64,000 nt of DNA from Eledone cirrhosa. Taxonomy: Eukaryota. The notes under the pieces were generated by a model. It was not told the origin of the DNA. It saw only the letters and a program-made list of their open reading frames with translations, and did no database searches. This document shows positions 10,257-20,713 of the stretch, one piece after another (position 1 is the stretch's first letter; each line of letters begins with the position of its first letter). The position numbers and the translations under genes were made by a program. The stretch covers positions 22,072,001 through 22,136,000 of the forward strand of contig OZ024744.1 of assembly GCA_964016885.1 (NCBI GenBank), read 5' to 3'.

Positions 10257-12150
10257 TAACATGATTTTCTGTATAAGACAAATGCAAGAAAAATGCATTG
10301 AGTAGTGTGTCATTCTATATCAAGTCTTTGTCAACCCAACGAATGCCTTTGACACATTTAACAGTGATGAACTTTGGATAATAATAAAGTAGGATGTCCA
10401 CCCAAGTTTGTGAGTATGCTAAAGCAGCTGCATAGAAATATAAAAGCTCGGGTTACCTTCAATGGTTCACTATTTGGGGAAATCTCAATTGACAACGGGG
10501 TAAAGCAAGGTGATATTCCTGCTTTTCTCCATTTTCTTGCTCACACATGCTTTCTATGATTGTGACAGAGGCATTGTTTTACGGTTCAGAACCACTGGAA
10601 AGGTTTTCAACTGAAGAAGGTTTAATGCTAAGACAAAAACTTTTCAAGCTTTGATCAGAGACCTTCTTTACGCCGACGATGCTGACTTCCTAGCACACAC
10701 AGAAGCTGACATACAACACATTATGGGCCCTTTCTCCTCCTCTTGTACAGCATTAGGGCTTACAATCAGCCTTAAAAGACCAAAGTGATGTTTACCCCTG
10801 CTCCTGGGGAACCATATACTGAACCCAATAACATGGTTGATGGAACCAGGTTGGGAGTAGTAGATAAGTGTGTCTACTTGGGTAGCACACTCTCAAATGA
10901 TGACTCCTTGGATGCTGAAATACATCTGCGCATCCAGAAGGCCTCTGTTGCCTTCGGAAAATTGCAGAAGAGAGTTTGGGTATATCGCAACATTACCAAT
11001 TATACCAAAATGTGTGTGTATCGATCGTGTGTTCTGTCTGCTCTTTTGTACTCCGCCGAAACCTGGACGCTATTCCGCAAACACACAAAATTGCTTGAGC
11101 GTTTTCAGCAGAAATGTTTAAGGCAGATATTGGCAAGACAAAAACTTTTCAAGCTTTGATCAGAGACCTTCTTTACGCCGACGATGGCAAGACAGAACTC
11201 CAGGCATCCATGTTCTTATGAAAGTAGAATGTCCAAGCATTGAGTACCAAGTAACATATTTTCAAATATGCTGGACAGAACATATCGTCCGCATGAAAGA
11301 AAGCAGGATTCCGAAGCAACTGTTTTACGGTGACCTCCATCTTGGAAAATGGCCTCAACACAAACCGAAAATGAGGTACAAGAACAGCATCAAGAACAAT
11401 CTCAACGAGCTGACATTTGATATAGACAACTGGGAGGAGAGAGATATAAATAGGGCTGAGTGGAGATAGCACATAAAGGGCAGTTACAAAACTTTTGAGG
11501 AATGTCATCTAGAATATAAACAACTGAAGCGTCAACTCCGGAAGAGCGTTGCTCACAGTCTTGATGATGTCATCAGTAGCTGGACATACAAGTTCTGTCA
11601 ACGTGTACTCCTCTCAAAGGCTGGTTAGGGTCAGGCGGAAGGGCTGTACTCACAGTCTTGATGATGTCATCGGTAGCTGGACATACAAGTCCTGTCAACG
11701 TGTACTCCTCTCAAAGGCTGGTTAGGGTTAGGCGGAAGGGCTGTACTCACAGTCTTGATGATGTCATCAGTAGCTGGACATACAAGTTCTGTCAACGTGT
11801 ACTCCTCTCAAAGACTGGTTATCTTAGACACCTGAAGTCATGTCAGCAGGATAACCACCCGCAACACCACTCAACAAAAACCTGGTGAAACAACGTGTGT
11901 GGTATGCAACAAAGTGTGTAGAACTAGTTCTGGACTAAACAGACACATGGTGGTACATAAAGATTGTGTCCCACAGGCTGACACCATCGGTCCTGTAGGA
12001 GGCACAACTCTCTTCTGTATCCTGTGTCATAAACCATGTAGATCTACAGCTGGCCTACAAAGTCATCTACGGAGTCATGGATGTGGATGGGATGACAATG
12101 AAAAATCAATAAGAGGCGGCAGTCGTCTGTGATGACGCTGCAATCCTCAT
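10257..12150 (+). mobile_element. 5'-truncated, frameshifted RTE-clade LINE (RT, thumb, C-terminal C2H2 fingers)
   Basis: Fragments MIFCIRQMQEKCIE, GCPPKFV..NGVKQGDIPA, DLLYADD, YLGSTLS..SAETWTL, MKESRIPKQLFYGDL and fingers CNKVCRTSSGLNRHMVVH, CILCHKPCRSTAGLQSHLRSH. It starts after and ends in (TATG)n, with multiple stops and frameshifts. Confidence 0.92.
11553..11821 (+). repeat. Triple tandem ~96-97-bp duplication inside the RTE 3' region
   Basis: CTCACAGTCTTGATGATGTCATC...GTGTACTCCTCTCAAAG[G/A]CTGGTTA begins at ~11553, ~11649 and ~11746. Confidence 0.9.
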
Positions 12151-12167
12151 GTATGTATATATATATG

Positions 12168-15121
12168 TTCTTCTGGTTTTATAATTTCACAAAGTGTTAC
12201 CAATAGAGAGAGAGTCGGTTTCTAACATAGACACAAGACTCTCTCATTGGAATTTACACAACATCAACTAGGTAGATATGTATGTCTGCATGTGTAGATA
12301 TGGATGTTATTGTATGTGTGGATGTGTATGTTTTGAGTTGTATGTGTGCATGTGTATATGCTTTGTATCTGTAGACGTGTATATGCAGTTATTAGATGTA
12401 ACATTTTTGGAATGCTTTACATATTTTTACTCTTCCATTAACGAATTGTACTTGTATTTCCTAACTAGTTGTGTTCTTTCTGTTCCTGTGAAGCCTATCT
12501 TCTCAAGATTTGTACTGAGGCAGTTACTAACATATCCCAGTGCCACAGAAACAAATCTAAAGGTGTAATCAGGGTGGAGTATCTGCAGATTTCTCATCAG
12601 TTCTGCATAAATATTCTCCTTTTCGCTAATCTTTGATATTATATTGGCATCTGCTGGGCAGCTGACTTCTACTACTGTACATGCCTTCTTTTCCCTGTCT
12701 CATATCATAATATGTGGTCTGTTATGCCTGCATTTATTGGGGTTTTTACTGGAACATTTCACCAGTACCCTTTCATATTATGTACGTGGATGTCTTCCAC
12801 ATTGCTGTAGCTTTTAATGTGTTTATTATCGGGGCTATCGTTTCTACGAACTGCATTGTACAGTGTTTTGGCCACTACATCATGCCTCATAGGTAGATAG
12901 TACCACGATGACATCTTTGGACAGCTGCTGATGACATGGTTGATATCCTCGATGTTAGTTCTGCAGAGTCTGCACTTGTTATCACATCTAGGTGTTTTGC
13001 CTGCATCCCTATCTCTTTTGTGAATCAGGTATTTCGTGTTAATCTCCTGTTCTTGGATTGCAAAAGCGTATCCTTCAAAGTGGGAGCCAATATAGCGGTT
13101 GTTGGTCCAAGATAGACTACTTTCCTTATCTATATTACTCTCACTCCGGAGCTTCCTGGCAACATATCCATGCATGATTATTTTGCTGATAGGCATGCAG
13201 TTTTTCATCCATGGATTCACTGCGATGCGATACTGCTGAGCGACTTCCCTGGGTGTGAGTTTTTGATTATCACACAGGGAATATCTCTCGAGGAGTTCCT
13301 TCCCAATTCTCATGATCTTATCTGTTTCGTGCAGATAGACTTGCTCAAGGTTTGTAGATGTTGTCGGAGAGATATGATGCGACATTCAAATGTTGTTTGG
13401 ACTGATGTTAGGCCCCTGTCTCCCTGCTTACGTTTCAAGTAAAGGCGGTCGCTGTCACTGTTGATGTGGAAGTTTCCGGTGATCTTTAGTATTTTTCTAG
13501 TTCCAACATCAACTGCTCGGATTTCGTCTATCGTCCAATTGAGTATTCCAAACGTTGGTGTTAGGACAGGCACAGAAAACACATTGTGAGCCATTGTTTT
13601 TTTTTGCGCAGAGAGTTCCGATGACCAGATCTTTCTTAATCGGGTGTAGTATTCCCTGGTTACGCGTACTTTATTACATATACCATTATAGGATATGTTC
13701 TCATCTATCCCCAGGTATCTGTAGCAGTCTTCATCAGATATCGGTGAAACAGTTAGGCCATTGATGACAAACTTGCTAGATTGGGTTGTTTTTCCTCGCT
13801 TCCCAGTCATGTATGAGCATTTATCTTGGCCAAACTCCATTCCTATATCCTTTGAGAACGTTGTAACCAGGTCAATAGTTTTCTTCATCCCATCTATGTT
13901 CTTGGCATAGAGTTTCAGATCGTCCACAAAGAAATTATGGGTTAGGTTCGTATTTCTGTCCTGCTGTGAGCCAATGATGTATCCATCACATTTTTTTAGC
14001 AGAAAGGACAAGGGGTTTAATGACGAAATGAAAACATCACAGAGAGACTGTCCCCCTGAAATATGCCCCTGCAATATTTTATTTTATCAGTGAAAATAGA
14101 GTCCCCCCTCTCTGTCTCTAACCTTAGGATTGTAGCCCAAGAAGAAGACAGCCGCTCTATGGCTCTGAAAATAATGTCAGGGACTTTAGCAAGTTGGAGA
14201 GCCTCTATCATCCAAGAGGGGGTAACAGAATCGATAGCTTTGCTGTAGTCCAGCCAGACTGTAGCCATATTCCTCCTGAGTTGTCGCACCTCCGACATCG
14301 CAGTTTTGTTGATTAGGAGTTGTTCAACACATCCCCAAACCCCTTTCTTTCCAGCTGCTTGTTCATCTGTGATGATGTTATTATTTTCACAGTGATCTTG
14401 GAGGAATAGGTTCAGGCAGGCTGTATACATCTTATACATCAGGTTCTTGCATGCAATGGGCCGGTAGTTTTTTGCCAAGTGGGTGTCTTTGTTCTTGGGG
14501 ACGAGTAATATTTGTGCTAATGTCAACCATTCTGGTATAAGTATATCTCCCTTAAGAACTTGTTGGTAGAGGTCAGTAAGATACCTCCGATAGAATATCA
14601 GTTTTTTTATCCCAGTAGCCGACAATCATGTCTCTTCCTGGTGTTTTCTTATCTTGGAGTTTTCCTATCACAGTCTCAAGGGTACCCTCACTTATTTCGT
14701 ATGTTTTTTGTTGTAGTGTAGGAGCAATAGTTCTTTCGGATTTCTTTTAGCCACATTGCATCTTGGTTGACATTTTTCTTTTCACCCCATATTTTGCTCC
14801 AAAAGGAATCTATGTCTTTCAGTAACACGTATTATTTTGTTCTTCATATGTCTATAGATTGATGTTTGGTTTCGTCTGAATCTTTTATTAAGCACTTTTC
14901 AGGTATCGGAGTTTATCGCTAACAGCTCTCAATTCTTGTTTGAGGGTGATCAGCTTATATTGATGAGTTCTGGTTCTACTGTTACCAAACATCGTCTCTA
15001 TTTTATTTTTCACTCTTTGTTGGCGAGGAGTGAGGTTTTTTTGTGTTTGTTTGCATATAAGGAGCATTGTCACATATCCTATGATTTTTCGTAGGTCAGC
15101 AATCTTTTTTCCTATTTTAGT
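12168..15121 (-). mobile_element. 5'-truncated R4/Dong-like RLE non-LTR retrotransposon (RT, CCHC, RLE, 3' UTR), frameshifted
   Basis: RT motifs KNYRPIAC, WLDYSKAIDSV, GIFQGDSLS, FVDDLKLY and YRYLGI; CCHC knuckle CRLCRTNIEDINHVISSC; RHD; degenerate PD..E nuclease HNRPHIMI*DREKKACTVVEVSCPAD. The coding region is split over several frames. Confidence 0.9.
12200..12250 (-). other. Stem-loop in the 3' UTR of the R4-like LINE
   Basis: CCAATAGAGAGAGAGTC (12200-12216) pairs with GACTCTCTCATTGG (12237-12250), ~30 nt from the element 3' end. Confidence 0.6.
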
Positions 15122-15159
15122 TATATATGATGGTATGTATGTATGTATGTATGTATGTA

Positions 15160-15765
15160 TGGTCACCAGTTGGTGCTACTGGTAACACGTATCCGAGTAC
15201 AACCTGTCTCATGGTCGGGTCGTTGGCGACTAAACTGGCAACACCACCAAGGTTACTTGGTGAGGAGGGTGACTTTGGACATCCTGCAGGACTAAAAAAC
15301 AAAACCTGTCAAAGGGCAAAGGAGCTCTTAAGAGTCAATGGCCATCCAAAATCACCGGGAGAGATGACCCCTTAGCCTTTGTCAAGGCAGAATTCTAGGA
15401 GAAGGAAAACTCTGATATAACACCTGCAACCCTGATGGTATCCAATAATGTTGACTTGTCTTCATTTTGGTAAATATCATCTTGGTTAAGAGAGTGGGAC
15501 TGGCTTTGTGCAGTGCCTTTGCTCACTATAAAAGCTTCACGGCACAGGCATTGCTTTATATCTGGAGATCTATCTGCACTTGTCAACACATGGTACCATG
15601 GGCCCAGCACTGTGTCAATAATTGTCACAGGTGTAGTGTTTGTACCAGAGTCTTTAAGTCGCTGGCTGGACTAAAAAGTCACACTCGTTCAGCGCATCGG
15701 TAGGGGTTCTCCTACATGGATATAAAGTAGTGGCCGTACTCGAAAACGAGTTGGCAGCCACCGTG
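15160..15765 (+). mobile_element. Non-autonomous bipartite RTE derivative (RTE-type 5' UTR, last zinc finger, 3' tail)
   Basis: RTE-type 5' UTR motif GGAGAAGGAAAACTCTGAT at ~15398; finger CSVCTRVFKSLAGLKSHTRSAHR; tail GGCCGTACTCGAAAACGAGTTGGCAGCCAC matching 17704-17733; (TATG)n on both sides; no RT. Confidence 0.72.
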
Positions 15766-15832
15766 TATGTATGTATGTATGTATGTATGTATGTATGTAT
15801 GTATGTATGTATGTATGTATGTATGTATGTAT
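15764..15832 (+). repeat. (TATG)n tract between two RTE elements
   Basis: About 17 perfect TATG units. Confidence 0.95.
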
Positions 15833-17371
15833 GATCTGACAAAAGCTTTCGATACTGTTAACAGAGATGCATTATGGAAGGTTCTCCAGAAACTTGGTTG
15901 CCCTGATAAGTTCCTTGCTTTAGTTAGGTCTTTCCATCACAACATGAATGCTTGGGTTAATGTCGGGGGTAACATGTCGGAGCCTATCTCAGTAAAAAAT
16001 GGAGTGAAACAGGGGGATATTCCAGCACCGACCCTGTTTGCCATATACTTTGCAATGGTTTTCTGTATTGCATTCAGGAATTGCGAGCATGGAGTTTACA
16101 TCCGATATCGAACCTCAGGCAGCGTATTTAACATCAGGCGTTTTGCTGCTAAGACAAAAGTATTTACATCAATCATAAGAGACCTCTTGTATGCAGATGA
16201 TTGCGATCTTGTAGCGCACACAGAGAGTGATATGCAGCACATTTTGAATGCATTTTCTGACGCTTGCACTGCCCTAGGATTGACTGTCAGTCTCAAGAAA
16301 ACCGTCGTCATGTACCAACCTGCCCGTGGTAAGCAGTACACTGAACCAAACATCTATGTGTATGGCAAACGACTTGGAGTGGTTGATCAGTTTGTCTACC
16401 TGGGAACCACTGTCAATGGATACAGCAACCTTGACAGTGAAATCTCACTTAGGATTAGGAAAGCAAGTGATGCTTTCGGAAAGCTAGAAAGGCGACTCTG
16501 GGGTCGGCGAGTCATATGCAGTAGGACAAAGGTAAAGGTGTACAGGGCATGTGTGCTCTCTTGTCTTCTTTATGCCTGCGAGACCTGGGTCACATATCGA
16601 CACCATCTTAAGCAATTAGAGCGTTTCCATCAGATGTGTCTCAGACGGATCCATGGCGTTCACTGGAGGGACCACATCAGTGATGTCGAGATTTTGGAAA
16701 GCTCTATGTGTGACAGTATAGAAGCTCTTCTGCTTAAGCAACGACTCCGTTGGAGTGGTCACCTTGCCAGGATGAAGGATTCTAGAATACCAAAACAACT
16801 CTTTTATGGAGAGTTGGTTAAAGGAAAACGACCGCCACATAAACCAAAAAAGAGGTATAAGGATTCCTTGAAAGCCTCTCTGAAAGACGCTAACATCTCT
16901 GCTGATACATGGGAGAATATTTCTGCTGATCGTAATAAATGGAGAAAGACTGTATATGAGGGAAAAGTTGCCTTTGAGGCATCTCGAATCGCATACGAGA
17001 AAGTAAAGCGGGATGTGAGGAAGGGCATTGCTGTTGCACTTCCAGACGGCGAGGGTCCTCCTATGGTGCTGACATGCAGCGTATGTGCGAGACTCTGCCT
17101 AAGCAAAGCTGGACTCGAAAGTCATCTTCGCAGTCATAAAGTAAGACCAGTGGTTGACTACCAGGCTGCTGTTGGAGATGCTACTCATCATGCTTGCCAA
17201 ACATGTGGTAGAGAATGTATATCAGCAGGAGGGCTCGGGCGACATGCAAAAGTACACGAACTCCAACCACAGCCGACTATCCCCAGTGAATGTTTTGGTT
17301 GCCGACTCTGTGCAAGACATTTTAGATCATTGGCTGGGCTAAAAAGCCACATTCGATCGCAGCGCTGTTAA
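15833..17371 (+). CDS. RTE-clade LINE ORF, 5'-truncated but uninterrupted: reverse transcriptase, thumb and three C2H2-type zinc fingers
   Basis: DLTKAFDTV, NGVKQGDIPAPTLF, DLLYADDC, FVYLGT, YACETW, QRLRWSGHLARMKDSRIPKQLFYGEL, then CSVCARLCLSKAGLESHLRSH, CQTCGRECISAGGLGRHAKVH, CRLCARHFRSLAGLKSHIRSQRC. The track's N-terminal MYVC repeat is a translation of (TATG)n. Confidence 0.93.
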   Translation, partial: DLTKAFDTVNRDALWKVLQKLGCPDKFLALVRSFHHNMNAWVNVGGNMSEPISVKNGVKQGDIPAPTLFAIYFAMVFCIAFRNCEHGVYIRYRTSGSVFNIRRFAAKTKVFTSIIRDLLYADDCDLVAHTESDMQHILNAFSDACTALGLTVSLKKTVVMYQPARGKQYTEPNIYVYGKRLGVVDQFVYLGTTVNGYSNLDSEISLRIRKASDAFGKLERRLWGRRVICSRTKVKVYRACVLSCLLYACETWVTYRHHLKQLERFHQMCLRRIHGVHWRDHISDVEILESSMCDSIEALLLKQRLRWSGHLARMKDSRIPKQLFYGELVKGKRPPHKPKKRYKDSLKASLKDANISADTWENISADRNKWRKTVYEGKVAFEASRIAYEKVKRDVRKGIAVALPDGEGPPMVLTCSVCARLCLSKAGLESHLRSHKVRPVVDYQAAVGDATHHACQTCGRECISAGGLGRHAKVHELQPQPTIPSECFGCRLCARHFRSLAGLKSHIRSQRC

Positions 17372-17512
17372 TTGCTGTCGTGTGTGTGTGTGTAGATATA
17401 TTTATGTGTGTGCGTGTGTGTGTATATATATATGTACATGCATATTATTATTGTTGTTGTCGTTATTATTATTGTTGTTATGATTATTATTATTATTATT
17501 GTTATTAATGTA

Positions 17513-17574
<62 letters not shown>

Positions 17575-17609
17575 GTAGGAGGTGAACTCCTTTAACCATC
17601 TTTTGATCT

Positions 17610-17656
<47 letters not shown>

Positions 17657-17740
17657 TTTATTTTTTTTTTTATTTATACATTTTTTTTTCTCTCCTCGTG
17701 CAATGGCCATACTCGATAACGAGGGGGCAGCCATCTTGTA
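15833..17740 (+). mobile_element. RTE-clade LINE including its 3' tail, interrupted by microsatellites
   Basis: Tail GGCCATACTCGATAACGAGGGGGCAGCCATC-(TATG)n at ~17704-17745 is homologous to the tail at ~15732-15765. Confidence 0.75.
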
Positions 17741-18269
17741 TGTATGTATATGCATGTATGTACCTATGTATGTATGCATGTACGTATGCATGTATGTATG
17801 TACGTATGTATGTATGTACGCACGTATTATATGTATATGTATATGTACGTATGTATGTATGTACATATGTATGTATATGTATATATGTATGTTTTTATGA
17901 AACAGGAACAGAAATACATGAAAATGAAAATGTGACTAAATTCCTAAATTCCATCGCTAGTGTCGCACGACTGCGGCATTTTTCTTAGCAAAGTTTGTGA
18001 AAATGTCTTGGAGAACGAACGTGACATCTTAATCATATGGACTGGAACTGCCTTTACTGACATGTTCATGTTTCATATCTTACGAGATATATATATATAA
18101 ATATATATATATGTGTGTGTGTATGCATACGTACATACACATATATGTATATATATGTGTGTGTGTGTTTGTACATATATGTATATACATACGTACATAC
18201 ATATATACATACATTTATACGTAAATACATACACACATACGTGCATAAATACATGAGTACATACCTATT

Positions 18270-18322
<53 letters not shown>

Positions 18323-18510
18323 ACTTGCATTCATATACAAATATATATGTATCCATGTGTGTGTCTGTGTCCTCCACCCCATCCACGCATACACACATAT
18401 ATATATATATAGTTGCATCCATATACAAACATGTATGGGTCTATCTGTGTGTGTTTGTGAGCATGTGTTTCAATGTGTATACGTATGTTTATGTGTACGT
18501 GTCTGTGCGT
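17737..18510. repeat. Degenerate (TATG)n/(TA)n/(CATA)n low-complexity region
   Basis: Direct reading. A short unique stretch lies at ~17890-18085. Confidence 0.85.
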
Positions 18511-19004
18511 GATAGCGAAGTAGGCCAGTTTATTTTTAAATCACAAAACAAGTTTACTGTGATAACCTAATAACTTTCAACATTTTGTACGATCGAAAAA
18601 AAAGTCATAAAATAAATCAATAAAAAAAAAGGAATCTTGCACTACACATATGTTTCAACTATCTTCTGTAAGATGTCTTCGGCTAAAAGAATCGGGTATC
18701 CCAAGTTTTGACGTCTGAAAGGGACAAAAACAAAATTTATAAATAAAAAGTATGTCCGATTTATTTTTTTATTTTTTGCGCATGCGCTAACATTAATAGC
18801 TTAACGCTTGCTCAAAATTTAAACACAGCTATAGCTTTTCAGTCGAGACCATCTACCTCTAACACCATAACAGTAAATCTAATCTTAACCTGTGATACAA
18901 AATCCGGCATTAATGCTGAACCCAACCTTAACCCTAACGCCTAATTCAAAACTCTAAACCCTAAAATAAATGTAAATTCTTTAACTGTATTCTATAATAC
19001 GTAA

Positions 19005-19229
19005 AAGCGGCGATTTGAGTGGTTAGAACGTCTGATAGAATGCTTTGTGGTATTCGTTCCGGCTCTCTGCTGTCTAAGATGCTCTCTTTCTCTCTCTCTC
19101 TATCCTTCTCAAGAAGAAATCTGCTGTATTCAAACATGGAGAGGAGATGGGCTCCGCCAGGTTTAAAAATACCCTAGAAACGCCGTATGACACTACGGCA
19201 CCCCTCCGACTCAATCAGGAGTTACGGGG

Positions 19230-19230
<1 letters not shown>
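19005..19230 (+). mobile_element. tRNA-headed SINE, local family copy 3 (central domain deleted)
   Basis: GCGGCGATTTGAGTGGTTAGAACG head, then AAATCTGCTGTATTCAAACATGGAGAGGAGATGGGCTCCGCCAGGTTTAAAAATACC...GGAGTTACGGGG-(TA)n. Confidence 0.72.
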
Positions 19231-19305
<75 letters not shown>

Positions 19306-19954
19306 ATTAGTACTTGTGAAAAAAGAAGGATTCAAGTAAAATGACGGAAATTCTCTTAAAATCTAGAATGTGCTCGTTGTGAATTCCGGAAGAAGGCGAG
19401 GGAAACGCGCTGAAACAGCCGCTTCAACTCGCGGGACTCTCTCTTGTGACTAGTCAACCCTGCCCCGATAACAGTGCGTAGATCTGTAGTCCGGTCGGGT
19501 CCTGTGTAATCAGTGGCAGACCATATTCCTTAAGTTGTGAGATATTAAACATATTTAAAGAAAGATTTACGTCATTTATAGACAAGAAATTAATAAGAAG
19601 AGTGAAACTAATGTACAATAACTTGTGAGGAGAAACAATGTCACCTATGACAACTCGTCATAAAGGAAAACCGCGACATATTTAAACATTTTTTAACTCA
19701 GGGCTCCTATTTGTTTTATATAAGGACATAGTCCTTCTCCCAGTATATGTTAATTTCGTGTATTTAGCAGAGCAGTGTCTATAGGAGTAGAAACGGATCC
19801 ACGTTTCAACTGATATGAATATAACACTTTCTTTTGTTTCACTTTTGATGAAAAATTCCCACCTTATGCTTCTTTATGACTAGACACATACGTATCACCT
19901 CCTGTCAAGCCCTCTTCACCCAATCGTCATTGCTAGTCACTAATATTATATGTA

Positions 19955-20287
19955 TGGTCCCGTAACACCTGACAGAGTTGTGGGGACGCCATATTCACAT
20001 ATAGTGTTTCTTTGGCATTTTTAAGCCTGGCGGAGCCCATCTGCTCTCCAGGCCTGAGTACAGCAGATTTGTTCCAGAGAAAGATAGAAAGTGAGAGAGA
20101 GAAAATGAGAAAGAGATATAGAGGAAGAATTGACCCCAGTACTTGACTGGTACTTTTTTATCGACCTCGAAAGAATGAAAGGCAAAGTTTACCTCGGCAG
20201 GATTTCAACTCGGAGAGCAAAGAACCGGAACGAGTACCATAAAGTATTCTATCTGGTGTTCTAACGACTCTGCCAAATCGCCGCCTT
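19955..20287 (-). mobile_element. tRNA-headed SINE, local family copy 4 (most complete)
   Basis: Reverse complement GGCGGCGATTTGGCAGAGTCGTTAGAAC...GAGTTGAAATCCTGCCGAGG...CTTTGCCTTTCATTCTTTCGAGGTCGATAAAAAAGTACCAGTC...GGCGTCCCCACAACTCTGTCAGGTGTTACGGGACC. Confidence 0.82.
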
Positions 20288-20617
20288 CACTAATATTATG
20301 TCTACGCATAAAACTAACCTCAAACTAACATTAATCGTTTTAGCCTATCCTTCCTCCCAAAACGCCAACCCTCCGGTGTTCTCACATTTCACTACAGAGC
20401 TGTTTAACCACGTCGACACCACCTGGTTCCGGGGGTGGAGGAAATACCAATACTTCGAGATATAGATAATATTATCAGGCTAAAATAAAGACAGAAATAA
20501 AAGAAATTCTCTTTAAGCAGAAAACAGACATGACGTTGATGTCTTTATCAGAGTTATTGACAACTCGATAATGTTCTCGTATGAAAAGGTAGGTAAGTTA
20601 GCGTTTATGTATTTAAA

Positions 20618-20713
20618 GGTACGTGGCTTTATGGTTAGAGTATTTGGATCACAATCGTAAGATCGTGAGTTCGATTCCGGTGGCGCGTTGTGTCCTTGAG
20701 CAAGACACTTTAT
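20618..20713 (+). mobile_element. tRNA-derived CORE-like SINE 5' half
   Basis: A-box-like TGGTTAGAG, B-box GAGTTCGATTCC, then TTGTGTCCTTGAGCAAGACACTTTA. It is truncated where the CRE-like tail begins. Confidence 0.78.

Noticed and set aside
15767-15832. MYVC-repeat N-terminus of the 534-aa ORF as a real start
   Set aside because: It is (TATG)n read in frame. The LINE is 5'-truncated within RT and lacks the endonuclease.
18880-18970. Telomere-like TAACCCTAA / AAACCCTAA
   Set aside because: Only two or three degenerate units, so not a telomeric array.
19386-19420. Third hammerhead-like motif CCGGAAGAAGGC...GCTGAAACAGC
   Set aside because: The core CUGA is altered to CGGA and stem I cannot be formed convincingly. 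At best it is a very decayed Penelope-type remnant.
20618-20690. tRNA gene
   Set aside because: A and B boxes are present, but there is no complete cloverleaf and it continues into a SINE core.
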